The translations under genes were made by a program, and so were the position numbers. A DNA stretch of 64,000 nt from a bacterium. GTDB lineage: Bacteria > UBA8248. The notes below the pieces were generated by a model. It was given only the letters and a program-made list of their open reading frames with translations. It was not told the origin of the DNA and searched no databases. The DNA lies in assembly GCA_965202625.1 (NCBI GenBank), contig CBDBBI010000010.1:2560001-2624000 (forward strand). Direction: 5' to 3'. Every line of letters starts with the position of its first letter. The first letter of the stretch is position 1. Below are positions 10,216-20,225 of the stretch, piece by piece.

Positions 10216-11133
10216 TCATGCCGAGGTTTTCCGGTTTTTTCTCCCGCCGCGTGGGTGCGTCTCCCACAGGAGCTTCTCCCGCAGGGTCTGGAAGAAATCC
10301 ACCCCCATCGGGCGGATGATTCGCACGGCGAAGCGGCTTTTGCGGATTCTCACCGAATCGCCCGCCTCGAGTGCGCCTCCGGCGAAGCCGTCGAGGGTGA
10401 GGAGCACCTCCCGTCCTTGGTCCCTGGTGTACGGAAAGATGGTGATCTCCAGTTTCGCCTCCGCAGGGACGACGATGGGCCGGTTGCTGAGGGTGTGCGG
10501 GCATATCGGGTTGATGAGCATCACGTTGAGTTCCGGCAGGACGAGCGGCCCGCCCGCGGAGAGGGAATAGGCCGTGGAGCCGGTCGGGGTGGCGACGATG
10601 AGGCCGTCCGCGCGGAAGTAGCCCAGATGCCGTCCTTCCATCTGAATCTGGTATTCGACCATGCGCGCTAGGGGCCCGGTGGTGAGCACCACGTCGTTCA
10701 GCGAGTCGGATAGTTTCAGCGGCGCGTCGTTTTTGCGCACCGAGGCGCTGAGCCGCATTCTGGATTCGATGGAGAACTCCTCGTGAAGCAGTATGCGCTC
10801 AAGCGCCGGATAGAGGTCCGCCTGGGGGACGTCGGCGAGAAACCCCAGATGCCCCGTGTTGATTCCCAGGAGCAGAGGAGATTCTCCCTTGACGTGGTGC
10901 GCGGTGCGCAGCATGGAGCCGTCGCCGCCGAACACGATGACGAGGTCGGCCCGCCTGACGACCTCCTCTCTCTCGCGTCCCGTTTTTTCTCCCGCCATTC
11001 TGGCGGCGTCAAGGTCGTGCTCCACCTCAAAGCCCTTCTCTTGCAGCCAGGCGGTGAGTTCTGCGAAGTCGAGCGGGTTGTTCTGGGCCTCCGCCCATGC
11101 GGTCAAGGCGATGCGCTGAATGTTCGCAGGCAA
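10216..11133 (-). CDS. nadK: NAD(+) kinase (start approximate, TTG 11133)
   Basis: FGGDGSML, GINTGHLGFL, LNDVV, DGLIVATPTGSTAYSLSAGGP, PICPHTLSNRP; classic nadK-recN order. Confidence 0.93.
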   Translation of the reverse strand: MPANIQRIALTAWAEAQNNPLDFAELTAWLQEKGFEVEHDLDAARMAGEKTGREREEVVRRADLVIVFGGDGSMLRTAHHVKGESPLLLGINTGHLGFLADVPQADLYPALERILLHEEFSIESRMRLSASVRKNDAPLKLSDSLNDVVLTTGPLARMVEYQIQMEGRHLGYFRADGLIVATPTGSTAYSLSAGGPLVLPELNVMLINPICPHTLSNRPIVVPAEAKLEITIFPYTRDQGREVLLTLDGFAGGALEAGDSVRIRKSRFAVRIIRPMGVDFFQTLREKLLWETHPRGGRKNRKTSA

Positions 11134-11209
11134 ATGGGAATCCCCCGAATCCGTGTCGGTCGGGAAAAAATATCCCAGGGCGTTCAAGGGGGCAAGCACT
11201 CTCCGGGGT

Positions 11210-12130
11210 TCAGGCGCGCGCGCCCCGCCTCGCGGCCTGCTTCCTTCGCCTGGGCAGACGCCGCCAGTATCGGCAGGCGTCCTGAAGGGGGCAGCCCGCG
11301 CAAAGCAGAACGTCTTTTTTGCTCGGACAGCGCTTGAGGATGCCCATTCGGGAGATGGCAAAATCGTAGCGTACCGGATCCGCAGGGTCGATGCGCTTGA
11401 GATTTTTCGTGATGTCGAGCGCCATTTTGAGGTTCGGCGTCTTCCTGTCGGTGAGCCCGAGGAGGCGGCCAATGCGAGCGACGTGGGTGTCGAGGGGAAT
11501 GACGAGCTGATGCGTCCTGGGCGTTTTCCACAGGCCGAGGTCCAGACCGTCGGCGGGCCGTATCATCCAGCGAAGGAACAGGTGGAGCCGCTTGCACGCG
11601 CCCACCCCCGCCGGATCGGGCAGAAGGTAGAGGAGGCCGCGCTTGGCGTCCCCATCCTTCGGCATCGGAAGAAAGTCAAGCAGATGGTCCCGAAATTCCT
11701 TGAGCGTCCCGTGCAGGGTTTCCGCATTCGGGCGGTAGTGCCGCAGAAACAGCGCTTCAAGCGAGCCCTCGCTTCTCAGCGCGGCCCCGAGTGCCTGGGC
11801 GAGAAGCCCGATGGCCTCCGGCCCCACCCAGCGGTGGCGCAGCCCCTGAAAAAGGCGCGCGCTTCTCTCTGGAGGGTGGCGATGCAGCGCGCTGGCCGGA
11901 TGGCCCCCCACCCGCTCCAGAACGCGTTGGACGCTCGTCCGTATGGCCGCCGCGTTGCCGAAGGCCAGCGACGCGCTGAAAAACGCGGCGATCTCCCGAT
12001 CCGGTTTCTCTTCGTAGGCGTGCGCGATTCCCAGCGGGTCGGTGGCAAGGTAGGATTCGTGATACGCGCCGGCGAGCGCGTCGAGCTTCTGCTTGAGGAG
12101 GGCGACGTTTTTGTCCGTGAGTCCCATCAA
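11210..12130 (-). CDS. TIGR02757/DUF2400 family HhH-GPD-like protein
   Basis: TDPL..DREIAA..LAFG, ACKRLHLFLRWM, DLGLW, IPLDTHV, DPVRYDFA; C-terminal Cys cluster. Confidence 0.85.
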   Translation of the reverse strand: MMGLTDKNVALLKQKLDALAGAYHESYLATDPLGIAHAYEEKPDREIAAFFSASLAFGNAAAIRTSVQRVLERVGGHPASALHRHPPERSARLFQGLRHRWVGPEAIGLLAQALGAALRSEGSLEALFLRHYRPNAETLHGTLKEFRDHLLDFLPMPKDGDAKRGLLYLLPDPAGVGACKRLHLFLRWMIRPADGLDLGLWKTPRTHQLVIPLDTHVARIGRLLGLTDRKTPNLKMALDITKNLKRIDPADPVRYDFAISRMGILKRCPSKKDVLLCAGCPLQDACRYWRRLPRRRKQAARRGARA

Positions 12131-12576
12131 AACGCCCCGTTGGTGTCGAGCATCAGGGTGACGGGCCCATCATTCACGATTTCCACTTCCATCGCCGCGC
12201 CGAAGCGGCCCGTTGTGATCCGGACCCCCCGTTTTTCGACCTGGGAGATGAAGCGCGCGTAAAGAGGCTCCGCTTTCTCGGGCGGGGCGGCGGCGGCGAA
12301 GCTGGGACGCCTCCCCTTTCGGCAATCCCCCTGAAGGGTGAACTGGCTGACGATGAGCATCTCCCCGCCCAGGTCAAGCAGCGAGAGGTTCATCTTTCGC
12401 GCCGCATCCTGAAATATCCTGAGACGGGAGATTTTCTCCGCCAGAAGATCGGCGTCTTCTTCCGTGTCCTCACGGCCCACCCCCAGAAAGACGACCATCC
12501 CGCCCGCAATCTCTCCGGTAATTTCTCCCTCCGCCTTGACGCTTGCGCGCCGCGCGCGCTGAACGACGGCTCTCAT
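12127..12576 (-). CDS. dtd: D-aminoacyl-tRNA deacylase
   Basis: MRAVVQR, VSQFTL, KGRRPSF, NDGPVT. Confidence 0.96.
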   Translation of the reverse strand: MRAVVQRARRASVKAEGEITGEIAGGMVVFLGVGREDTEEDADLLAEKISRLRIFQDAARKMNLSLLDLGGEMLIVSQFTLQGDCRKGRRPSFAAAAPPEKAEPLYARFISQVEKRGVRITTGRFGAAMEVEIVNDGPVTLMLDTNGAF

Positions 12577-12750
12577 GTGCGCTCCTCCAAAGAGGCGTCC
12601 TTTTCTCAAGGGGCGGCTGCTCCCTCCGCGCGCTGCGGGCCGCCGGGCGAGAGGGAGAATATACGGTGATGCGCCTGAAATTCAACGCCCGCCATCCAAG
12701 CGGCGCTTTTCGGGCGCGCAGGGTGCTTTCCGGTTGAAATGCGGGGGAGG

Positions 12751-13190
12751 ATGTGTGACGTCTCGCCCGTGACGATTCAAAACTGGATAGACAAGAGCTG
12801 ACTGCGCGCTTACCGCACGCACGGAGGGCATAGAAGGGTGTGTAAAGAGGCGCTTCTCTTCTTCATCGTGAACGGCGAGGAGGGGTTCGCCGCCTCTCTC
12901 AAGGAGGCTCTGCTGTTCGACAAGCCGGCCTATGAAGTGCAGGTGGCGCGCGATAGATTTAGCGCGGGCGTCCTTTACGCCAGGGCGAAGCCGGATGTCG
13001 TGATACTCGTTCTGAATCATCCAGAGGTGGACGGCTATGAAGTGTGTCGCCAGATCAAGCAGGACGGCGCGAATGGAGACATGCTCGTCCTCATCATCAG
13101 CGACCGCGCCGATGGAGACGGCCGGAAGCGCATTCTGCGCCTGGGCACAACGCGCTGTCTCTCAAAGCCGGTGGGGATGCAGCGGAACTT
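12751..13190 (+). pseudogene. decayed excisionase-type HTH plus receiver-domain response regulator
   Basis: MCDVSPVTIQNWIDKS*LRAYRTHGGHRRV (TGA at 12799-12801), then receiver remnants PDVVIL..PEVDGYEVCRQIK..LSKP lacking the acidic pocket and phospho-Asp; 3' end approximate. Confidence 0.7.
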
Positions 13191-13320
13191 AGTGCCTTGG
13201 TGCGGGAGTCGGTGGCGAATCGCGCCTGTTCTGATGAGACGCCCTCCGGAATTACCGGGCGGCGCGGCCGCTCGCTGGTCGTTTCAGCACCCTCGCGTCC
13301 GTTGGCGGAATACGTCTGCG

Positions 13321-14202
13321 TTAGTCGTTCTTGCCCGAGTCGGTGCCGCGGTTTCTGAGGAAGCGCTCCAGCTCCTTCGCCAGTTCGTCTCCTGATGGCA
13401 ACTCGCCCGGACCGATTTCCTCGTCGTGCTCCTCCTCCTTGCGCTTCAACTGGTCCACGTAGTCTCGCACCGACTTGTTCTTCTCCAGCGCCTCGTCGAC
13501 CTTGTCTTCAAACTCATGGGCGCCCGCCTCGAGTTCGGAGAGGTTGAGGGGGTAGGAGAGAAAATCGCTGAGCCGCTCCACTAGGGCGAGCGCGGCTTTC
13601 GGGTTGGGCGAGACGTTCACATAGTGGGGAACGTTCGCCCAGACGCTGACGGCGGGCAGGTTCTCGTCCCGAAATAAATTGTTCAGCACGCCGACGATTC
13701 CGGTAGGTCCCTCATAATGGGAGGGCTTGAGGCCGAGCTGTGCCGTCAGATCCGGGTTTGTGGAGGTGCCGGTGATTCGAACCCTGCTTCGGTGGTAGAC
13801 GTCGGCGAGGAGCGCCCCCACGGTGACGGCCATACGTATCCGGCATTCCTGAATCATGGACAAGATGATTTTGGAGAAACGCCCCCACTGCAGATGAGGC
13901 TCCACCCCCAGAAACACAACTACGTCGTGTTCGAGGTTCGGCGTTTCACATGCGTAGAACGTATTTGCAGGCCAGGTGATCTCTCTGCGGCTGTTCTCAT
14001 CGAAGCGCACCTGAGGCCGCATGTCCTGGAAGTTGTAGAACGGGTCGGAGTCGATTTGGGCGAATTCCAGCCCCCCCATTTTCTCGGTCATGAAGCTCGC
14101 GGCCGTCGTGGCGGCACTGCTCGCGTCGTTCCAGCCTGCGAAGGCCATGAGGAGAGTGGGATCTCTGAGGTTCGGCGTTTCCTTGAGGTCCAGGTGTTCC
14201 AT
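13321..14202 (-). CDS. PAC2 family (proteasome assembly chaperone-like) protein
   Basis: AFAGWNDA, GVEPHLQW, GALLADV, YEGPTGIVG, WANVPHY, NPKAALAL, PSGDELAKELERFL. Confidence 0.88.
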   Translation of the reverse strand: MEHLDLKETPNLRDPTLLMAFAGWNDASSAATTAASFMTEKMGGLEFAQIDSDPFYNFQDMRPQVRFDENSRREITWPANTFYACETPNLEHDVVVFLGVEPHLQWGRFSKIILSMIQECRIRMAVTVGALLADVYHRSRVRITGTSTNPDLTAQLGLKPSHYEGPTGIVGVLNNLFRDENLPAVSVWANVPHYVNVSPNPKAALALVERLSDFLSYPLNLSELEAGAHEFEDKVDEALEKNKSVRDYVDQLKRKEEEHDEEIGPGELPSGDELAKELERFLRNRGTDSGKND

Positions 14203-14469
14203 AGAATGGTCTCCTCTAGACCGCATGACGCCCCAAAGGCGTGAGAAGTCCTCCTATTGTATGGGGTATCGGGCGGTGGTTCAACAAACAAACCCTCGCT
14301 TGGCGATTTTCCGCGCAGCGTTTGATGATGGGGAGCTTCTGGGATATAAGCTTTCGGTCCGGACGTTGCCGCCGTGCTCTGTAGTGAGGTGTGCGCTCTT
14401 GCGAGGGGAGAGGCGCTCTCCCTTTGTCGTGCGAGAGAGCCGGAACACGCAGGCGATGGGAGATGAGCG

Positions 14470-15252
14470 ATGGGCGCGCTGGAGACGCTTGGGATGAAGG
14501 ATAAAGTCGTTTTGGTGACGGGCGGATCGCGCGGGGTTGGCGCCGCCATTGCGAGGCGCTTCGCCCAGGATGGCGCGCGTCTGGTTTTGAACCATCGGGT
14601 GGGAGGAGGGAGAGCTTCGCGCATGGCGGACGCGCTTTGTCGAGAGGTTGATGCCGCCGGCGCGCGCGCCGTCGCCATTCCCGCGGACATTTCCCGAAAA
14701 AACGCCGTCAAGACCATGTTCGCGCAGCTGGAGGATGAATTTGGACGACTCGACGCCCTGATCCTGAACGCGGCGCGCGCGCCCTTCAAGCCGTGGGAGA
14801 AGCTCCTGGAGCGTGACCTGAGGCTCCTGGTGGAGACGAACTTTCTGGGCAACGTGTTCTGCTTGCAGGAAGCACTTCCGCTACTCGCGCGCCGAGGGGG
14901 AGCGGTCGTGTTCATCTCCAGCCTGGGGAGCCGCTTCTATCATCCGGAGTATCCGCTGGGCCCAATGAAGGCGGCCATGGAGGCGGCGGTTCGGCATTGG
15001 GCGGAGAGTTTTGACGAGGCTGGCATATCGGTCAACGCCGTTTGCGCGGGCCTCGTCAAAACTGATTCGTTCAAGACGCTGCGAATGGTGCAACCGGATC
15101 TGGACGCGCTGCCGGAGCGTTATTTCGTATCGCCCGAGGAGGTGGCGGAGGCTGTCTTCTTTCTCGCCGGCGCGGGTGCTGATTCCATACGCGGGCAGAC
15201 GCTCGTGGTGGATAGGGGACTCAGCAACCGGCTGAACCGTCCGTTGAAATGA
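14470..15252 (+). CDS. SDR oxidoreductase, FabL-like enoyl-ACP reductase
   Basis: VTGGSRGVG, LNAA, ISSLGS, YPLGPMK, GLVKTDS; heads the FAS cluster. Confidence 0.75.
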   Translation: MGALETLGMKDKVVLVTGGSRGVGAAIARRFAQDGARLVLNHRVGGGRASRMADALCREVDAAGARAVAIPADISRKNAVKTMFAQLEDEFGRLDALILNAARAPFKPWEKLLERDLRLLVETNFLGNVFCLQEALPLLARRGGAVVFISSLGSRFYHPEYPLGPMKAAMEAAVRHWAESFDEAGISVNAVCAGLVKTDSFKTLRMVQPDLDALPERYFVSPEEVAEAVFFLAGAGADSIRGQTLVVDRGLSNRLNRPLK

Positions 15253-15395
15253 TGGAATCGACCAAAATTTCCGCAGGCGGTTGATTTTCACGCTTCTCCC
15301 TGATTGTATAGACTTTGACGAGAGCGCGTTTTCACGGTGTCCGTCCCGATAAAAGAATAGAGAGTCGCTTCAGCTTCTTCGTGTAGAGGGAAACG

Positions 15396-15959
15396 ATGTC
15401 CCAAAACCTGATCTCGGACGATACGATACTGGAGGAAGTGAAAAAGGCGATTGCCCACACTACGGGAATCGACGAGGAGACCATTGGGCCGGACAGCTCC
15501 TTGGTGGATGATCTGGACGTGTTGTCGCTGGATTTTCTGGACATCAATTTTCGTCTGGAGCAAGTGTTCGGTATCAAGATGGCGCGGAACTTCGTTCTGG
15601 AGCACGTGGAGGAGATGTTCGGCGAGGGTGTGGCCATCAGTGAGGAGAGCGAAGTGACGGAAAAGGGGGTGGAGGTCCTGAAATTGCGCCTGAATGAAGC
15701 GGCCAGGGACCTGAAGTCGGGAACCCCCGTGGACGAGCTTCCCGCCCTCGTCACGCCGAGAACGCTGGTCGGTGCGGTGCGTGAGGTTTTGGACTGCCTG
15801 TCTGAGAAGAGCCCGGCGGCGGAGGCTTGGAAAACCGAGGACCGGACGCGCATCGTGTGCTCCAAGACGGGCGATCCCGCGTCTTTGCCCAGCGGGGATG
15901 AGGTGGTGCAAAACTGGCTGAGCGAAGTGCAAGCGCAAAGGCGGCTCTTCTCCCCCTGA
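15396..15959 (+). CDS. acyl carrier protein with long C-terminal extension (AcpXL-like core)
   Basis: DSSLVDDLDVLSLDFLDINFRLEQVFGIK; 187 aa. Confidence 0.85.
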   Translation: MSQNLISDDTILEEVKKAIAHTTGIDEETIGPDSSLVDDLDVLSLDFLDINFRLEQVFGIKMARNFVLEHVEEMFGEGVAISEESEVTEKGVEVLKLRLNEAARDLKSGTPVDELPALVTPRTLVGAVREVLDCLSEKSPAAEAWKTEDRTRIVCSKTGDPASLPSGDEVVQNWLSEVQAQRRLFSP

Positions 15960-16003
15960 CGCGGCCTGCGTCCTCTCGCCCGTCTTGTCTGGAGAGCGTG
16001 TGA

Positions 16004-17314
16004 ATGGCCGGTTGCGGCAGACGAGTCGTGATCACCGGATACGGAGCGATGACGCCCCTGGGCGCGGGCGTCACCACCACGTTCGACTCCATGCGAGAGG
16101 GGCGCTCCGGAATTGACGTCATCCGACGTTTCGATCCCGAAAAACTTCCCTGCCAGATCGCCGGAGAGATAGAAGACGAGTGGATCGCCTCCCAGGAAAA
16201 CGTCGAGGGGCGCAGACTCGATAAGTTTTCTACGCGCGGAGTGCGCATGATGCGCGTCGCCGTCTCGCAGGCCGCCAGGGCGGCGCGCCTTGATGAGGTG
16301 TCTCAGAGAAGACGGGTTGGCGTCGCGCTCGGCTCCCACGGCGAGCACCCCCAGATCGAGGATTTGCTGCGCGTTTTCCCCTATTGGAAGCCCGAGGAGG
16401 GGGCGCCCTCAGGGGGCGGGTGGGACGTTGAGGCGCTCAGGCGTCGCGGCGCCTATGACTTCATGGGGTTTTTTAGAAGAAAATCGGATGTGGCGACCTC
16501 GGTAGTCGCGCTGGATTTCGACTGCCGGGGGCCGATGGTATCCATCTGTTCGGCCTGCGCGGCGGGGGCGCAGGCGATTGGCGAGTCCGTGCGTCTCATT
16601 CGGGACGGAAGGGCTGACGTCATGGTGGCGGGCGGCTGCGAGGCGACCATCACCTACGTCGGGTTTCTCGGGTTCGTCTTACTCACTGCGCTGGCGGAGA
16701 GATACGAGACCCCGCAGACCGCGTCTCGTCCCTTTGACAGGAAGCGAAACGGCTTCGTGATGTCCGAGGGGGCGGGGGCGATGATACTCGAGCGCTACGA
16801 GCACGCGCGCGCGCGCCGCGCCGACATTCTGGGCGAAGTGCTCGGCTATGGCGATTCCTCGGACGCGTTTCGCATCACCGACATGCACCCGAAGGGGCTG
16901 GGGGCGGTATTCGCCATGAAAAGAGCGCTGGCCGACGCGGGCGTCGCGCCCGAGTGCGTCGAATACGTCAACGCGCACGGCACCTCCACGCCAAAGAACG
17001 ACACGACGGAGACCAAGGCCATCAAGGAGGTGTTCGGCGCCCACGCGGAGAAGGTGCCGATCAGTTCCAATAAGTCCATGATCGGACACACCATTGGCGC
17101 GGCCGGTGCCGTCGAGGCGATTTTGACCCTGGAGGGAATGCGCCGCTCCGAAATCCTGCCCACCATCAACTATCGAAACCGCGATCCGAAGTGCGACCTA
17201 GACTACGTGCCCAATGAAACTAGGGCGCAGGCCCACCGCGTAGCCCTCTCCAATAGCTTTGGCTTTGGAGGGCAGAACGCCTGCCTGTGCCTGGGCGGCC
17301 CCGAGATCGCGTGA
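16004..17314 (+). CDS. beta-ketoacyl-ACP synthase (FabF-like, catalytic Cys present)
   Basis: SACAAG, NAHGTST, KSMIGH, SNSFGFGG. Confidence 0.92.
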   Translation: MAGCGRRVVITGYGAMTPLGAGVTTTFDSMREGRSGIDVIRRFDPEKLPCQIAGEIEDEWIASQENVEGRRLDKFSTRGVRMMRVAVSQAARAARLDEVSQRRRVGVALGSHGEHPQIEDLLRVFPYWKPEEGAPSGGGWDVEALRRRGAYDFMGFFRRKSDVATSVVALDFDCRGPMVSICSACAAGAQAIGESVRLIRDGRADVMVAGGCEATITYVGFLGFVLLTALAERYETPQTASRPFDRKRNGFVMSEGAGAMILERYEHARARRADILGEVLGYGDSSDAFRITDMHPKGLGAVFAMKRALADAGVAPECVEYVNAHGTSTPKNDTTETKAIKEVFGAHAEKVPISSNKSMIGHTIGAAGAVEAILTLEGMRRSEILPTINYRNRDPKCDLDYVPNETRAQAHRVALSNSFGFGGQNACLCLGGPEIA

Positions 17315-18495
17315 GATCTTCCCCCCTTCCCATCACCGGAGCGGGTCTGGTGACGGCGGCGGGAATCGGCGTCGCGCCCGCCTGGGAGGCGCTTTGCGCG
17401 CGCCGCTCCTTTTTGGTACTTGACCCGGACTCAGAGCTCGCCGGCTTCGCGCCGATAAGAACGGCGAGATGCGGGCGGATAGACCCGGAATCCCTCGGTG
17501 CGGATCGCCGGGCGGCCAAGCTCATGCGCGGTCATACCCACATGCTTCTGGCGGCGGTTCACGACGCGCTCAGGGACGCTCCCCTCGCTCCGGAGATGGC
17601 GGGGGCGGAGGTCGCCTTTTTCGCCGGCATGGATTCGGTCGATCCGGCGAGCGATGATTTGATGGGGGCGGTTCATAAATCAGGGGCTGAAGTGAATCTC
17701 AGGCGTTTTTTTGGCGAGGAGATGGATCGCATTCCTCCGCTTTGGCCGCTCGAGCTGTTGAACGCGATAGGTTTCAGCCAGGTGGCGATTCAACATCAAC
17801 TTCAAGGGGAGAACGCTGTTTTCAGCGCGGGTCCAGAGGCGGGCGCGCGCGCCATCTGCGAGGCGGCGGCGTCCGTTCGTTTGGGCAAGGCGAGGCTTGG
17901 GTTGGCCGCCGGAGTGAGTGGACGGATTTCCGCTCGAATGCTCGCCCGCGCGGCGATGTCCGGCGCGTTGCCCGGTGCTTGGGGGCTGGGCGAGGGTGCG
18001 GCGGTGGTGCTTTTCGGGGAGACTGTGCAACCGGAGGGAATACGCGGGTGGCTCAAGGGGCAGGCTTCGGTTCGCGCGCTTGCTAGAAGAGGGGGCCTCG
18101 CCCGGGCGATTCAAAGATCGGCCGAGACCGCGCTGTCGCTCGCTGGCCTGAGACCTGATGAGGTGGACCTTCTGGTGATTTGCGGGGAGGGGCGCGCCGA
18201 GGCGGATAGGGCGGAGGCGGAGGCGCTCTCCGCCATTTTCAAGGCGGGCAGACCTCTCCTGCTTGCCACGAAGGGCGTATTCGGCCACCTTTGGGGGGCG
18301 AGCCCGGCGCTGGACCTCATCATCGCGGCGAAGGCGTTGGCGGAGGGGGAGGTGCCCCCGCCTCACGGAATCGCGGATGAGGCGTTTCAGGGCGTAGAGC
18401 GAACGTCTGGTCGGCGCGAGATGCGAGACGCGCTCCTCCTTCTTCAGGGCTTCGGCGGCGTATGTGCGGCTTTTGTGGTGGGGAAAAACCCTTGA
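17311..18495 (+). CDS. ketosynthase-like protein lacking catalytic residues (chain-length-factor-like)
   Basis: ITGAGLVT, GEGAA, KGVFGHLWGAS; Cys site reads SAGPEAG; GTGA overlap with upstream KS. Confidence 0.8.
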   Translation: MRSSPLPITGAGLVTAAGIGVAPAWEALCARRSFLVLDPDSELAGFAPIRTARCGRIDPESLGADRRAAKLMRGHTHMLLAAVHDALRDAPLAPEMAGAEVAFFAGMDSVDPASDDLMGAVHKSGAEVNLRRFFGEEMDRIPPLWPLELLNAIGFSQVAIQHQLQGENAVFSAGPEAGARAICEAAASVRLGKARLGLAAGVSGRISARMLARAAMSGALPGAWGLGEGAAVVLFGETVQPEGIRGWLKGQASVRALARRGGLARAIQRSAETALSLAGLRPDEVDLLVICGEGRAEADRAEAEALSAIFKAGRPLLLATKGVFGHLWGASPALDLIIAAKALAEGEVPPPHGIADEAFQGVERTSGRREMRDALLLLQGFGGVCAAFVVGKNP

Positions 18496-18510
18496 CGGGG
18501 GAATGGCGGA

Positions 18511-18963
18511 TTGCGTTTTCTCTTGTTCGATCAAATCCAGGAGGCGGTGCGCGGGGAGCGTATTCTGGGCCTCAAGACGTTTCCTTTGTCCGAAATCTAT
18601 CTGAACGCGCATTTTAGGCGCGCGCCCCGGATTCCCGGATCCATTCTGATAGAGGCGATGGCGCAGATTGCGGGTTGGCTCGTAGTCTATACGTATGATT
18701 TCAGGACCTCGTGCGTCATCTCGCTCATCAATGGCGTGGAGGTGGCGAGCGACCTGCGTCCGGGAGTTTCTTTGGAGATTCATGGGGAGATGATTGATAC
18801 GAACGAGCGGGCGAGCCTGTGCCGCGCGCGGGTCGAGAAAGACGGTGTCGTGTTGGCCAGGGTGGAGCGATTCGTGTATCCCCACTTTCCCAACGATGAT
18901 CCCAAGTCGCTGAAAGAGCGATTCAGGCGCTACGGATGGTTGGGGTTCGAGGCGGGTTCATGA
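18511..18963 (+). CDS. FabZ/FabA-like 3-hydroxyacyl-ACP dehydratase
   Basis: FLLFD, HF..PRIPGSILIEAMAQ hot-dog motif. Confidence 0.85.
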   Translation: MRFLLFDQIQEAVRGERILGLKTFPLSEIYLNAHFRRAPRIPGSILIEAMAQIAGWLVVYTYDFRTSCVISLINGVEVASDLRPGVSLEIHGEMIDTNERASLCRARVEKDGVVLARVERFVYPHFPNDDPKSLKERFRRYGWLGFEAGS

Positions 18964-20225
18964 GCACCCAGACGCTCGTCACCGGTCTCGGCATGGTGAC
19001 CTCTCTTGGGGCGGACGTTGAAACTTCATGGCGAGGGGCATTGGCTGGCGAGTCGGGTTTAAGGCCGATTGCGTCCTTCGACGCGAGCGCGCTGCCCATC
19101 GCCGGGGCGGGCGAGGTTTCTGAGGAGGCGATGCGCCTCATCAGGGAGAGATTGCCTGAGGAATACGCGGGTGAGGGGGAGCGCAGGACGCTGTTCGCGC
19201 TTGACGCTGTGCGCGGCGCGATGGAGGACGCCGGTCTGCGTGTCGGGGATTATGCTCCCGAACGCGCCGGCGTGGTGATGGGGACCGGTCTGAGCACTTA
19301 TCGATTGGAGGATTTCTGCGCTTGGGCGGACCCTGAAAATGGGTTTGACGCTGCGCGTTTTGCAAAGGAATTCCACAGGACGCAAGATTCAGGTTACTTC
19401 AAGAATCCGCCCGAGCGCGCGACGTCCCGAATTGCCGAATGGTTTGACCTCGCCGGTCCCAGCGCTACTATCACCTCCGCCTGTGCGGCGGCGGCGCAGG
19501 CGATAGGCCTTGGAATGCGTATGATTCGCCGGGGAGAGGCGGACGTGATTCTTTGCGGCGGGGCTGACTCGATGATCCATCCTATCGGGATGGCTATATT
19601 CCTTCTGCTGGGTGCCGCCTCGAAATCGCGGGTCCCGATTTGCCGCCCATTTGACAGGAAACGCTCTGGCCTTGCTGTTGGCGAGGGGGCGGGCGTCGTC
19701 GTCCTGGAATCTGCGGCGCACGCGCGCGCGCGCGGTGCGGCGCCTTATGCCATTCTTTCAGGTTATGGCGCGAGCATGGACGCCCACCAGGTCACGGCTC
19801 CGCATCCGGCGGGCCGCGGCGCCGCTCGATCGATGAGCGAGGCGTTGAAGGATGCGGGCTCCGCTCCCCACGATATCGCCTACGTCAACGCGCACGGCAC
19901 GGGCACGAAGCTCAACGATCCGGCCGAGACCCGGGCGATTCGCGAGGTTTTTGGGGCGCGGGCGGATGCGCTAGCCGTGAGTTCTTCCAAGTCCATGATC
20001 GGGCACCTGATCGCCGCGTGCGGCGCGCCTGAGTTCATCTTTACGACCTTGAGCGTGGCGCGCGATATGGTGCATCCTACGAGGGATTTGGAGAATCCGG
20101 ATCCGAAGTGCGATCTCGACTATGTGTCTGAGGGAGCGAGAAACATGCCTGTTCCGGCCGCCATGACGAACTCCTTTGGCTTCGGCGGGCAAAACGCCAC
20201 TCTCCTCATCAGAAAGGCGGCTTAG
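18960..20225 (+). CDS. beta-ketoacyl-ACP synthase (FabF-like, catalytic Cys present)
   Basis: SACAAA, NAHGTGT, KSMIGH, TNSFGFGG. Confidence 0.92.
   Translation: MSTQTLVTGLGMVTSLGADVETSWRGALAGESGLRPIASFDASALPIAGAGEVSEEAMRLIRERLPEEYAGEGERRTLFALDAVRGAMEDAGLRVGDYAPERAGVVMGTGLSTYRLEDFCAWADPENGFDAARFAKEFHRTQDSGYFKNPPERATSRIAEWFDLAGPSATITSACAAAAQAIGLGMRMIRRGEADVILCGGADSMIHPIGMAIFLLLGAASKSRVPICRPFDRKRSGLAVGEGAGVVVLESAAHARARGAAPYAILSGYGASMDAHQVTAPHPAGRGAARSMSEALKDAGSAPHDIAYVNAHGTGTKLNDPAETRAIREVFGARADALAVSSSKSMIGHLIAACGAPEFIFTTLSVARDMVHPTRDLENPDPKCDLDYVSEGARNMPVPAAMTNSFGFGGQNATLLIRKAA

Noticed and set aside
11134-11472. N-terminal extension of NAD kinase in the ORF track
   Set aside because: Overlaps the TIGR02757 gene and looks non-coding; the later TTG start is preferred
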